A stretch of DNA of 64,000 nucleotides from an uncultured Chloroflexia bacterium (GCA_963827475.1 CAWHAZ010000002.1:94141-158140); one strand, 5' to 3'. Positions 31,010 to 40,116 are shown, numbered from the stretch's first letter. Numbers and translations are program-made. The notes: generated from the letters alone by a model not told the origin.

Positions 31010-31969
31010 ATGAGGGTCCGGGAGGCGGCGGTAGCTGTGACTGCCGTCGCCACCCTCATTGCGGGGTGCACGTCCCCCTCCGAATCCCCGGGCGCCAGCC
31101 CATCGGTCCCCAGCCAGGAGCCGAGCGCACCGATGTCGACCACACCCTCTCCGGCGGCCGCCGACCCCGAGCGCTTCGGCCTCGACGACGACCAGGTCAC
31201 GACCACCGAGATCTCCACCGAGACGACCGATGGCGTGACGGTCACCGACCTGACCTTCTCGGCGCCGGACATCGAGACCACGGAGGCGTACCTCGTCGCC
31301 CCGGCGGCCGGGGAGCCGGGCCCGGGCATCATCTGGTTCCACTGGGTCGAGTACGGCAACCCGACCTCCAACCGGACCGAGTTCCTGCCGGAGGCGCGGG
31401 AGATGGCCGCACGCGGCGCGGTCTCGCTGCTCGTCCAGGGCCGGATGCCGTGGCTCGAGCCGCCGGAATCGATCGCGCACGACGTGCCGGCCATCGAGCT
31501 GGAGGTCCGGACACTGTGGAAGGGCCTCATCGTGCTCGGCGGGCGTCCGGAAGTCGACAACCACCGCCTGGCGATCGTCGGCCACGACTTCGGCGCGATG
31601 TACAGCAGCCTCTTCTTCGGCGCCGACGGCCACCTGAACGCGCTGGTGATGATGGCGCCGACCGCCCGCTGGGCGGACTGGTTCTATCGGTACTGGCAGA
31701 TCAGCGACTCGGAGGCGGAGTACACCGCCGCGCTGGCCGGCCTTGATCCTGTGTCCTGGCTGCCGCTCGCCGCCCCGCGGCCGGTGCTCCTCCAATTCGC
31801 GGCGAACGACCAGTACGTCCCGCAGGACGTGGCGGAGGAGATCAGCGCCGCGGCCGGTTCATCGGCCGAGACCCGCACCTACGACACCGACCACGAGATG
31901 AACGAGCAGGCTCGCGAAGAGCGCGACGCCTGGCTCGCCGATCAGCTGGGCCTGGGGCCTGCCGACTAG
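31010..31969 (+). CDS. Lipoprotein with alpha/beta hydrolase fold (GHDFG elbow)
   Basis: LIAGC lipobox, P/S-rich linker, IVGHDFGA, PVLLQFAAND, DTDH. Confidence 0.75.
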   Translation: MRVREAAVAVTAVATLIAGCTSPSESPGASPSVPSQEPSAPMSTTPSPAAADPERFGLDDDQVTTTEISTETTDGVTVTDLTFSAPDIETTEAYLVAPAAGEPGPGIIWFHWVEYGNPTSNRTEFLPEAREMAARGAVSLLVQGRMPWLEPPESIAHDVPAIELEVRTLWKGLIVLGGRPEVDNHRLAIVGHDFGAMYSSLFFGADGHLNALVMMAPTARWADWFYRYWQISDSEAEYTAALAGLDPVSWLPLAAPRPVLLQFAANDQYVPQDVAEEISAAAGSSAETRTYDTDHEMNEQAREERDAWLADQLGLGPAD

Positions 31970-32472
31970 CCGAGGCTCCGTGACCCTTCGGCGATGTCCG
32001 CCTGGACGATGTGCTGCGGGCTATCCGGCAGTCGTCGCAGCGCCGTGCGGAGGAAGTCCGGGAAGAGCGGCAGGTCCGCCAGGGCACTGATCGGGAACCA
32101 GCGCAGGATCAGGTCGTGGCCGCGTTCCACACCGGCGTGGTCGAGCGTCAGGTCGAAGAACGGGCTCGTCTCAGGCAGATCAATGGCGTAGTAGAAGCCG
32201 AGTTCGTGGACCGCCTGGCCTCCAATCGGGGTGACGTACTCCATCACCCAGAGCAGCCGCTGGACGGTCACCTCTTGCCCGATTTCCCCGCGCATCGTTC
32301 GAACCAGGGCATCCGCCGTCAGTTCCAGCGGTAGCAGGCGCCCGCCAGGGAGCACCCAGAATTCGCCGTCCAGCGCCCCCTGGAGCAGAACATGGTCCTG
32401 CCAGATGCAGACGGCTGCCACCCGCGGCTGAAATCGCCAACCGTCGGCGTGGATTTCGATGTAGTTCGTCAA
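31966..32472 (-). CDS. NUDIX-fold protein with degenerate Nudix box
   Basis: RVAAVC..VLL..WVLPGGRLLPLE..ALVRTMRGEIG; HELGFYY. Confidence 0.75.
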   Translation of the reverse strand: MTNYIEIHADGWRFQPRVAAVCIWQDHVLLQGALDGEFWVLPGGRLLPLELTADALVRTMRGEIGQEVTVQRLLWVMEYVTPIGGQAVHELGFYYAIDLPETSPFFDLTLDHAGVERGHDLILRWFPISALADLPLFPDFLRTALRRLPDSPQHIVQADIAEGSRSLG

Positions 32473-32483
32473 GTCAGCGGTCC

Positions 32484-32984
32484 TCAGTCCGGCGGATTCT
32501 CGAAGGGCCAGCTCACGCTCTGGACGTAGTTCATGCGCTCGAGCCACACGGGATCGGTCGCCCGCCGCCCCATCTCCGCCTCGTCGACGTCCTCGACCTT
32601 GGCCTGGATCCACCACAGGTTGCCCAGCTGGTCCCGCACCCGGCCGACCCGGTCGCCCCAGAACAGGTGGGTCACGTCGGTCACGGCCGTTCCGCCCGCT
32701 TCCAGCGCCCGGGCAAAGGTCGCATCCGCGTCCTCGACGTAGAGCCGCAGGAATGCCGGGGTGTCCGGCCAATGCGGCTTCGCGTCGAAGGCGAGGACGA
32801 CCGAATCGCCGATCCGGAACTCGGCATGACCGATGACACCGTTTTCGTCGGCCACCCGGGCGATCTCCTCGGCACCAAACGCGGCGGTGGCGAACCGGAT
32901 GAGCGCATCGGTATCCCGGGAGATGACCCAGGGGCTGACCGAGCTGTACCCCTCCGGCACGCCGGGTGTCTTCGCGGTTTCCAT
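32484..32984 (-). CDS. VOC/glyoxalase family protein
   Basis: GYSSVSP, HAEFRIGDS, LYVEDAD, FWGDRVGRVRDQLGNLWWI. Confidence 0.88.
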   Translation of the reverse strand: METAKTPGVPEGYSSVSPWVISRDTDALIRFATAAFGAEEIARVADENGVIGHAEFRIGDSVVLAFDAKPHWPDTPAFLRLYVEDADATFARALEAGGTAVTDVTHLFWGDRVGRVRDQLGNLWWIQAKVEDVDEAEMGRRATDPVWLERMNYVQSVSWPFENPPD

Positions 32985-33067
32985 CGGTCCGTCTCCCCAT
33001 TCAGTGCGGATTTCCGGTATCGGTGTGCCCTGTGCAGCGCGTGCGCCTTGCGCGGTCCTCGGGCAAT

Positions 33068-33085
33068 ATGACAGACTGCTGTCAT
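33068..33085. promoter_or_regulatory. Palindromic operator at the marR start
   Basis: ATGACAG-ACTG-CTGTCAT; same motif recurs at 35436 and 35471. Confidence 0.7.
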
Positions 33086-33623
33086 GTCGGCGAGCCTAGC
33101 AGAAGGCAGGAACCCGGTCCACGCGCGCGAGCGCGGCCGTCCGGTCACCCGTACGCCGGCCGGAGACGCCTTCGCCGAGTTCGCGATCACCGTGATCCGG
33201 CTCAGCGGGCTCCTCATCGCGGCCGGCGACGCCTTGACCAGCCCCGTGGGCCAGACGAGTGCCCGCTGGCTGGTGCTGGCTACGGTCGACGAGGGGCCCC
33301 TCACCGTGGCCCAGATCGCGCGACAGCTGGGCCTGGCCCGCCAGAGCGTGCAGCGGGTCGCGGATCTGCTCGCCGACGACGGCCTCGTGGTCTACGCCGA
33401 GAACCCCGCCCACCGCCGCGCCAAGCTCGTGAAGCTCACCCCGCCGGGGAAGAAGACGCTGAAGGCCATCCAGGCCGCCCAGACCGTCTGGGCCGACAAT
33501 CTCGGCGCCCAGCTCGGCGTCGGCAGCCTCGAGGAGGCGAACAGCGTCCTGTCGCGGGCGCTGGACGAGCTCAGCCAGCGCCGGTTCGAGGCGAAAGGTC
33601 AGGTCAGCGCGAAACCCGGTTGA
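33084..33623 (+). CDS. MarR family transcriptional regulator
   Basis: TSARWLVL, TVAQIARQLGLARQSVQR, NPAHRRAKLVKLT; start uncertain. Confidence 0.88.
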   Translation: MSASLAEGRNPVHARERGRPVTRTPAGDAFAEFAITVIRLSGLLIAAGDALTSPVGQTSARWLVLATVDEGPLTVAQIARQLGLARQSVQRVADLLADDGLVVYAENPAHRRAKLVKLTPPGKKTLKAIQAAQTVWADNLGAQLGVGSLEEANSVLSRALDELSQRRFEAKGQVSAKPG

Positions 33624-34374
33624 ACGCCCACAGGGTGCCCGCCTGGAGGATGGCGCCCATGATCGCGATCGAGAGCAGGGCCTGGCCGATCGCGTCCCAG
33701 TCGAACCCGGTGATCATCAGCGCGCGGATGGCCTCGATCACGTAGCTGATCGGGTTGAAGGTGTTCACGAACTGCATCCATTCCGGCATCAGCTCCTCCG
33801 GCACGAACGCGGTGGACGCGAACACCAGCGGGAACAGGAGCAGCGAGAACGTGCTCGTCGCCTGCTCGCTCTTGGTGACCAGGGCCGGGATGAAGCTCGC
33901 CCCGGAGATGGCGAGCCCGAACAGGCCGGCCAGGGTCAGGATGAGGAGCACGCCGGGGATGCCGGTCACGATCGGCGTCCCGAGCACCACGCAGATGATC
34001 AGGATGACCGCGCCCATGCCCGCCGCCTGGAAGAAGAGCGGCACCATCTCGCTGAGCAGGATCGACCAGCGGTGGATGGGGCTCGCCCGCAGCTTGTCGG
34101 TGTAGCCGTTGCGGAGCTCCATCAGGAGCCCGAAGCCGGCCCACGCCACGGCGAAGAAGGCGGTCGTCACGATCTGGCCCGGGGCCAGGTAGGCGAGGTA
34201 GCTGACGTCGCCGCCGAATCCGGGCAGCTGGATGATGTCCTCGTACAGCTGGCTGAAGACCAGCAGCTGCACCAGGGGGAAGAACAGGATGCTGATGACG
34301 TTGGCCGGCACCCGGATGAACCGCCGGGTGGTCCGGATGCCCAGGTGGTAGGTCTCGTAGGCGAGTGCGGTCAT
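33604..34374 (-). CDS. ABC-2 type exporter permease
   Basis: Hydrophobic; YLAPG, FASTAFVP..MPEW..NPISY. Confidence 0.88.
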   Translation of the reverse strand: MTALAYETYHLGIRTTRRFIRVPANVISILFFPLVQLLVFSQLYEDIIQLPGFGGDVSYLAYLAPGQIVTTAFFAVAWAGFGLLMELRNGYTDKLRASPIHRWSILLSEMVPLFFQAAGMGAVILIICVVLGTPIVTGIPGVLLILTLAGLFGLAISGASFIPALVTKSEQATSTFSLLLFPLVFASTAFVPEELMPEWMQFVNTFNPISYVIEAIRALMITGFDWDAIGQALLSIAIMGAILQAGTLWAFNRVSR

Positions 34375-34377
34375 CGG

Positions 34378-35391
34378 TCAGATCCCATATGCCGAAAGTG
34401 GCTTGTCGGCCGCTTCCTCGCGGATGTGGCGACCGGTGTACTTCAGGAACACCGAGTCCAGGCTCGGCTGGCTCATCTGGAGCCCACCAACCGGGATCCC
34501 CTCGCCATCCAGCCGCCGGAGCATGGCCGGAACGGCGGCGCTGGCATTCAGGACCGAGAGCTCCACCCCCTTGGGATGGGGATGAACGCCATCGGCCTGG
34601 ACCATGTCCTCCAGCAGCCGGCTGACCGATGCCCGCAGGCTCTCGAGGTCACCGTTGGTCGACGCCAGCTCGAGGATCACGGTGTCGGCGCCGATGGACG
34701 CCTTGAGCTCGGCCGGTGAGCCGTCGACCACGATCTTGCCGTCGTCGATGATCGCCAGCCGGGAGCACAGCCGATCGGCCTCTTCCATGTAGTGGGTGGT
34801 CAGCAGCATGGTCGTCCCCTCGCGGCTGATCCGCTCCAGCTCCTCCCAGAGGGCGGTCCGGCTCTGCGGATCAAGCCCCTCGGTGGGCTCGTCGAGGATG
34901 AGGACCGGGGGCCGGTGCATGAGCGCGCTGGCCAGGTCAAGGCGTCGCCGCATGCCCCCCGAGTACTGCATGGTGACCTTCTTGCCGACGTCGGCGAGGC
35001 CCATCAGCTCGAGGAGCTCGTCGGCTCGACGCTTCACCTCGGCCCGCGGCATGCGCTGGAGGATGCCGGCCAGCTCGAGCGTCTCGCGGCCGGTGGAGAA
35101 CGCGTCCAGGGCCGGCTCCTGCTGGGCCAGGCCCAGGCGCTTGCGGACTTCGGCAGAATCCTTCGTCACGTCGAACCCGGCCACGCGGGCGCTGCCCTCG
35201 GTGGGTTCCAGCAGGGTGGCCAGGATCCGGATGGTGGTGGTCTTGCCCGCCCCGTTGGGACCGAGGAAGCCGAACAGCTCACCAGGGGCGACGCCGAAGG
35301 AGATGCCGTCCACCGCGCGGGTGTCGCCCTTGTAGACCTTGACCAGGTCCTGGACTTCAATGATTGGTGCGTCGTTTGTCGTGGTCACCAT
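34378..35391 (-). CDS. ABC exporter ATP-binding protein (DrrA-like)
   Basis: GPNGAGKTT, YSGGMRRRLDLA, LDEPT.GLDP, LTTHYMEEAD, PSLDSVFLKYTG. Confidence 0.92.
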   Translation of the reverse strand: MVTTTNDAPIIEVQDLVKVYKGDTRAVDGISFGVAPGELFGFLGPNGAGKTTTIRILATLLEPTEGSARVAGFDVTKDSAEVRKRLGLAQQEPALDAFSTGRETLELAGILQRMPRAEVKRRADELLELMGLADVGKKVTMQYSGGMRRRLDLASALMHRPPVLILDEPTEGLDPQSRTALWEELERISREGTTMLLTTHYMEEADRLCSRLAIIDDGKIVVDGSPAELKASIGADTVILELASTNGDLESLRASVSRLLEDMVQADGVHPHPKGVELSVLNASAAVPAMLRRLDGEGIPVGGLQMSQPSLDSVFLKYTGRHIREEAADKPLSAYGI

Positions 35392-35435
35392 GGGCTCCTC
35401 AGGATTGTCTGGGCTAGCCTACCCAACGACTTGGT

Positions 35436-35487
35436 TGACAGCCTGCTGTCAGTTCGGGATCGTAGCGGAACGACAGAATGCTGTCAA
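35436..35487 (-). promoter_or_regulatory. Sigma70-type promoter with two GACAG-N4-CTGTCA operators
   Basis: Minus strand TTGACA (35487-35482), 17 nt, TACGAT (35464-35459); palindromes at 35436-35451 and 35471-35486. Confidence 0.75.
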
Positions 35488-35526
35488 TCCGTTGTGCAGA
35501 GGCATATGCGACGGCATAGATGTCAT

Positions 35527-36216
35527 CTACGGGTCACGACTCCCCGGCGCGCCGAAACTCAGCGGTCTAGCGGACCACTCGGCGCGGGTGTCGCCGACGT
35601 CCGGCGCGTACTGCGCGAGCGCTACGGCGACTCCAGCTGCGATCTCGTCCGCGCTGGCGGTGCCCGATGCCTCGATCGTCGCGGTCCACGCGTGGATCGA
35701 GTGCCGCGAGAACTCCTGGACCTCATGCGAGTTCGCCGCCGCGGCGGGGTCGTCCGGCGCCTCGCCGGCCAGGAACAGGCCCAATCCCATGAACGCGCCG
35801 TCCCAACCGGGCCCGGGGTAGAGCGCGCCGGCTCCACTGCCGGCGAGCTCCAGCGGGACGGTGTGTTCGAGCTCGAGGCTGGTGGCGCCCTCGCCATCGG
35901 GTGTCAATCTCAGCTCGACCAGGCTTGTCTCGCCGCCGAACGTCACCCGCAGCAGACGAGGCGCATCGCAGCGCAGGATCCGGCCGCTGGCGTGGCCCTC
36001 CAGCTGGAAATCCCCGCCCTCGCGAAGGTCGCCGCTGACTGGCAGGAACCAGCGCTTCAGTCGGTCGGGATCGGCCACCGCGTCCCAAACATCGTCGACC
36101 GGTGCGTCGTAACGGCGGCGCAGCAGAATCGCGACCACCTCGCCGCTGTCGATCGATTGCCTCGCGACCTCGCGGTGAATGGCGTTGATCTCCGGGATGA
36201 TGTCGATATTGATCAT
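35527..36216 (-). CDS. SRPBCC/AHSA1-like protein
   Basis: RRYDAPVDDVWDAVADPDRLKRWFLPVSGDLREGG, GPGWD. Confidence 0.85.
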   Translation of the reverse strand: MINIDIIPEINAIHREVARQSIDSGEVVAILLRRRYDAPVDDVWDAVADPDRLKRWFLPVSGDLREGGDFQLEGHASGRILRCDAPRLLRVTFGGETSLVELRLTPDGEGATSLELEHTVPLELAGSGAGALYPGPGWDGAFMGLGLFLAGEAPDDPAAAANSHEVQEFSRHSIHAWTATIEASGTASADEIAAGVAVALAQYAPDVGDTRAEWSARPLSFGAPGSRDP

Positions 36217-36599
36217 GGCTCTATCTCCTTGTTGGTGGGCGGGCGATCAGCTGCGGATTCCGACGCTGCGGCGAGTCGGCGTTCGCGTCGTCCGCGGGCG
36301 AGTTCCGTGGCAAGCGCGTCGAGCGGCTGGCTCCAGAACCGGCGGAAGTGGTCGAGCCACTCGTCGACCTCCTCATGGGCGTGGAATCCACGGCATAGAG
36401 CCGCCGGGTACGGTCGAGCGCGGACCGTTGCGAACCCGTTGTCCCGCAGCACGCGCAGGTGCTGCGACACAGCCGACTGGGTGATGCCGAACTCCTCCTG
36501 GATGACCGCGGTGATCGCACCGGAGGCCTGCTCCTCGTCAGCAATGAGCTCCAGGATCCGGCGCCGAACCGGGTCGCCGAGAACGTCGAACGCATGCAT
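36213..36599 (-). CDS. ArsR/SmtB family regulator (short internal frame excursion)
   Basis: MHAFDVLGDPVRRRILELI..TQSAVSQHLRVLR; RRLYAVD lies in an alternate frame. Confidence 0.85.
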   Translation of the reverse strand: MHAFDVLGDPVRRRILELIADEEQASGAITAVIQEEFGITQSAVSQHLRVLRDNGFATVRARPYPAALCRGFHAHEEVDEWLDHFRRFWSQPLDALATELARGRRERRLAAASESAADRPPTNKEIEP

Positions 36600-36734
36600 C
36601 AGGGTCGGACAATACCAGGTCGGCACGTTAGGTTCATCAAGACGGTCCGATCGAGTGCCATCTTCGTGCCGGGCGGAGTCCGGGGACCGGACACCCGCCG
36701 GACGAGCGGATGAGCGAGCGGCTCGGTGGGAGCG

Positions 36735-36832
36735 GCAAGCCGGCGCGCCGGTGGCATTCACCGATATCGGCGAGGTGGAGCTCAACGGGCGTGGCTGGCG
36801 CCGTCAACCTTCACGCCGCCCGACGCGCGTAA
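36735..36832 (+). pseudogene. Remnant 3' end of an adenylate cyclase gene
   Basis: VAFTDIGEVEL(N)G/VAGAVNLHAARRA* closely resembles the C-terminus of 53507-54703. Confidence 0.65.
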
Positions 36833-36894
36833 GGCGCCATGGGTGTATGAAGAGCAAGCCGGCCACAAGCCACACCGCAACGGAGACCAGACCG

Positions 36895-37338
36895 ATGAAA
36901 TGGGTCACTCGCGAGAACCCCAAGACGGACCGCATCGCCTGCCCCTGGCTCATCCGCAAGTACATCGACCCCGAGGCCGAGATCGTCTACGTCCCCGACG
37001 CGGAAGTCCTCACCACCGCCGAGCGGGAAACCGCCATCAGCTTTGACGCTCCCGGTGCGAAGTACACCCACCGCGACGGCATGTGCTCGTTCGAGGTCCT
37101 GATCGAGGAATACCAGCTGACCGATCCGGCTCTGCCCCGAATGGCCCAGATCGTCCACGGCGCCGACATCGAGAAGGGCATCGACACGACCCCGGAGTCT
37201 GCCGGCCTGCTGGCCATCGCCCACGGCTTCGCGCTGCTGGACCTGCCCGATCAGCGCCAGCTCGAGCTGGAGCTCCCGGTCTACGATGCCCTCTACGCCT
37301 GGTGTCGCGAGCAGGTGGCCAGCCCCGTCCCCGCCTGA
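36895..37338 (+). CDS. Chromate resistance ChrB C-terminal-domain protein
   Basis: MKWVTRENPKTDRIACPWLIRKYIDPEA, FDAPG, CSFE, IVHGAD, YDALYAW. Confidence 0.88.
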   Translation: MKWVTRENPKTDRIACPWLIRKYIDPEAEIVYVPDAEVLTTAERETAISFDAPGAKYTHRDGMCSFEVLIEEYQLTDPALPRMAQIVHGADIEKGIDTTPESAGLLAIAHGFALLDLPDQRQLELELPVYDALYAWCREQVASPVPA

Positions 37339-37344
37339 TCAACC

Positions 37345-37752
37345 ATGACCCGGCGGCCACGCACTCGATTCGAGTTCCTGCTTCCGTTCACGACGCGCAT
37401 CTTCAATCGGTTCTCGCGCCTCTTCGTCAAGTGGCTGCCGATGTTCGCGATCATCCGCTACCGCGGCCGGAAGACGGGCAAGGTCTACCGTACGCCGATG
37501 AACGTATTCCGTGATGGCGAGGACTATGTCTTCGCTCTGACCTACAGCTCGCAAGTGCAGTGGGTGAAGAACGTCCTGGCCTCCGGCGAGGCAGATCTCG
37601 AGCAGCGGAACACGACGGTCCATCTTCACCAACCCGAGCTGTTCGTGGACCCGACCCGCCACCTGATGCCGCAGCCGGTCCGTTTCTTCCTGGGTTTTGC
37701 CCGGGTGACCGAGTTCCTGCGCATGCGCCCCGCGCCGGCCGTCAGACGGTAA
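37345..37752 (+). CDS. Deazaflavin (F420)-dependent nitroreductase family protein
   Basis: GRKTGKVYRTP, ALTY..QWVKNVLA. Confidence 0.8.
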   Translation: MTRRPRTRFEFLLPFTTRIFNRFSRLFVKWLPMFAIIRYRGRKTGKVYRTPMNVFRDGEDYVFALTYSSQVQWVKNVLASGEADLEQRNTTVHLHQPELFVDPTRHLMPQPVRFFLGFARVTEFLRMRPAPAVRR

Positions 37753-38713
37753 TGACCACCTTCCCCTGGGCGAGGCGGTCATCCACGCGCCTGAGCGCGT
37801 CCGGCACCTCCGCCAGCGGGTAGCGCCGGTCGACCACCGGCTTGATGGTGCCGGCCTCCAGCATCCGGGAGAGGACCGCGACGTCCTCGGCTCGGAATGG
37901 CTTCCAGAGCGGCAGCCCCGCCCGCTGTTTCCCCGCCAGCGGCATGACCAACCCCACGAGCATGGCCCCGAAGACGAGGCTCAGCTTCCCGCCGATGGCG
38001 ATGTACACGCCGGTCGACGTGAGCGCCCGCCGGATATCGCCGAGCCCGCGGGACGCGGCCATGTCCAGGATCCGGTCATACCGATTCCCGAGCTTGGTGA
38101 AGTCCTGTTGGGTGTAGTCGATGACGTGGTCAGCGCCGAGGGCGAGGACGAACGCCAGTTTCTCGGTCCTGGCCACGCCGGTGACCTCCGCGCCCATGGA
38201 CTTCGCCATCTGGATGGCGAATGGGCCCACGCTCCCCGATGCGCCGTTGATCAGCACCTTGTCCCCCGTCTTGATCCGACCCTTCGCGTTCAGCCCCTGG
38301 ATGGCGAGGATGCCCGCCTGCGGAACCGTGGCCGCGTCCTCCAGGGAGGTGCCCGCGGGGACCAGGGCGAAGGCATGGGCGGGGGCGCTGACGTACTCGC
38401 CAAAAGCGCCGTGGCCGAACTCGGTCATGTCGCCGAATACCTGGTCGCCAAGCTTGAGTCGGGTCACGTCCGCCCCCACCGCCTCGACCACGCCGGCCAC
38501 GTCCAACCCAACTCGCGGATTGGTCGGTCGCCGGAGCCCGGTAGCCAGGCGAGTCATCCACGGATCGCCGTACAGGTAGTCGAGGTCCGCCTGGTTGACC
38601 GATGACGCCGCGACGCGCACCAGCACCCCGTCGTCGGCGTCGGTTGGTGTTGGCAGCTCTTCGAGCCGCAGGACGTCCGGCGAACCGTATTCATCTCGAA
38701 CCCAAGCCTTCAT
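37742..38713 (-). CDS. NAD(P)-dependent medium-chain dehydrogenase / quinone oxidoreductase-like
   Basis: YGSPDVL, GLDVAGVVEAVG, VLINGASGSVG, GADHVIDY, GKVVI. Confidence 0.9.
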   Translation of the reverse strand: MKAWVRDEYGSPDVLRLEELPTPTDADDGVLVRVAASSVNQADLDYLYGDPWMTRLATGLRRPTNPRVGLDVAGVVEAVGADVTRLKLGDQVFGDMTEFGHGAFGEYVSAPAHAFALVPAGTSLEDAATVPQAGILAIQGLNAKGRIKTGDKVLINGASGSVGPFAIQMAKSMGAEVTGVARTEKLAFVLALGADHVIDYTQQDFTKLGNRYDRILDMAASRGLGDIRRALTSTGVYIAIGGKLSLVFGAMLVGLVMPLAGKQRAGLPLWKPFRAEDVAVLSRMLEAGTIKPVVDRRYPLAEVPDALRRVDDRLAQGKVVITV

Positions 38714-38780
38714 CGTGCTCCGACACTAGACCATTGGCCGCGACTGGTGGGAAGGTACGTGAGCCGATGAGCGAGGACCG

Positions 38781-39503
38781 ATGACCGAACGGACGATCCC
38801 CATCCTGCCCACCCGATCGATCGACGACACCCTCGCCTTCTACGAGGCGCTCGGGTTCGAGGTCACCTACCGCCAGGAGCGGCCGAACATCTATGCCGTG
38901 GTCGTGCGAGGTGGCATCGAGCTCCAGTTCTTCGTCCTGAAGGGCCTCGATCCGGCGAACACGTACAGCACCTGCTACGTCCTCGTCTCGGACGTCGATG
39001 CGCTGTACGAGGCCTTCGCGGCCGGGCTCCGTGCCGCGCTGGGTCGCGTTCCGATACGCGGGATCCCGCGCCTGGGGGCGTTGCGCGACATGACCTACGG
39101 CGTACGCCAGTTCGTTGTCGTCGATCCCGGCGGAAACCGCATCCGCATCGGTCAGCCGATCGACGAGAAGCCGGCATCTCGGGCAAGCGAGGCGGGTCGC
39201 CTGGAACGAGCGGTCGTGGCCGCCACGACCCTGGCGGATTCCCGCGACGACGCGCAAGCGGCTGCCGACGTGCTCGATTCTGCGTTCGCCGCGGACCCGC
39301 CCTCCGAAGGAGCCCTCGCTGTACGCGCCCTGATCCTTCGCGCGGACGTTGCCACGCGGCTTGGGGACACAGACCAGGCTCGGCGACTCATTCGGCAGGC
39401 CGAGGCGATCAGCCTGACGGACGAGGAGCGTCGCGCCATTCGCGATGAGCTGCGACGGATGGCCGAGCTCGCCGACGAAGTGTCTGATGGGGAGGCTTCC
39501 TAG
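38781..39503 (+). CDS. VOC/bleomycin-resistance family protein with helical C-terminal extension
   Basis: TIPILPTRSIDDTLAFYEALGF, YGVRQFVVVDPGGNRIRIGQ. Confidence 0.8.
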   Translation: MTERTIPILPTRSIDDTLAFYEALGFEVTYRQERPNIYAVVVRGGIELQFFVLKGLDPANTYSTCYVLVSDVDALYEAFAAGLRAALGRVPIRGIPRLGALRDMTYGVRQFVVVDPGGNRIRIGQPIDEKPASRASEAGRLERAVVAATTLADSRDDAQAAADVLDSAFAADPPSEGALAVRALILRADVATRLGDTDQARRLIRQAEAISLTDEERRAIRDELRRMAELADEVSDGEAS

Positions 39504-39511
39504 CCAGACAG

Positions 39512-39802
39512 TCAGCGGCCCAGGCGCCGGCGCGCGACGTTCCGATACACGTCGCGCCTGTGCCCTACCCGTATCACCAGGACAACGAGACGGTCATCGA
39601 TCACCCGATAGATGATCCGGTAGTCCCCAACCCGCGTCCGTAGGAGGCCATCCGACCCTTTCAGCCGTTTCACTCCTGGTGGATATGGGTCCGTACCGAG
39701 CCGATCGATCGCGGACTTCAGCCGCAGCCGGATCGGCGGCGCGCACTGCTCCAGGTCTCGGCGCGCGATCGGCAGGAAGACGATCCGGTAGGCGGAGGGC
39801 AC
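39512..39802 (-). CDS. Type II TA toxin, RelE/ParE family
   Basis: YRIVFLPIARRDL..KRLKG...RTRVGDYRIIY..VIRVGHRRDVY. Confidence 0.92.
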   Translation of the reverse strand: MPSAYRIVFLPIARRDLEQCAPPIRLRLKSAIDRLGTDPYPPGVKRLKGSDGLLRTRVGDYRIIYRVIDDRLVVLVIRVGHRRDVYRNVARRRLGR

Positions 39803-39805
39803 CGT

Positions 39806-40081
39806 CTAGAGACCCAGGTCGCGCTTGACCTCTTCCCATGGGATCGGGGGCTGGTTCTCAAGGTCGGCGAGAGCTTCTCGGGCGAGCTCCACGTCGATCT
39901 CGTCTTCGAGGTCCTCGAGAAACTCAACGTCCTCGATGGGCACCACGGCCGCTACGGCCTTGCCGTGGCGGGTCAGTCGGACACGCTCGCCCCCGAAGGC
40001 GACCTTGTTGATGATGGTCGCGAACTCCTGACGAGCTTCACTGATCCGATGCGAGGATCCCTCGGTTGGTTCGTACGTCAT
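39806..40081 (-). CDS. Type II TA antitoxin, Phd/YefM family
   Basis: ISEARQEFATIINKV...ERVRLTRHGKAVAAVV; acidic tail IPWEEVKRDLGL. Confidence 0.9.
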   Translation of the reverse strand: MTYEPTEGSSHRISEARQEFATIINKVAFGGERVRLTRHGKAVAAVVPIEDVEFLEDLEDEIDVELAREALADLENQPPIPWEEVKRDLGL

Positions 40082-40116
40082 GTACGTATCGTACGATTCG
40101 TACCATTATTGGTCAA
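40073..40116 (-). promoter_or_regulatory. Leaderless sigma70 promoter with a GTAC operator array
   Basis: Minus strand TTGACC (40116-40111), 17 nt, TACGAT (40093-40088), ATG 6 nt later; GTAC at 40073, 40082, 40091, 40100. Confidence 0.75.

Noticed and set aside
34792-37338. 848-aa ORF ending in the ChrB domain
   Set aside because: Only the last 147 aa (ATG 36895 after GGAG) look real; the rest is antisense to ABC, SRPBCC and ArsR genes
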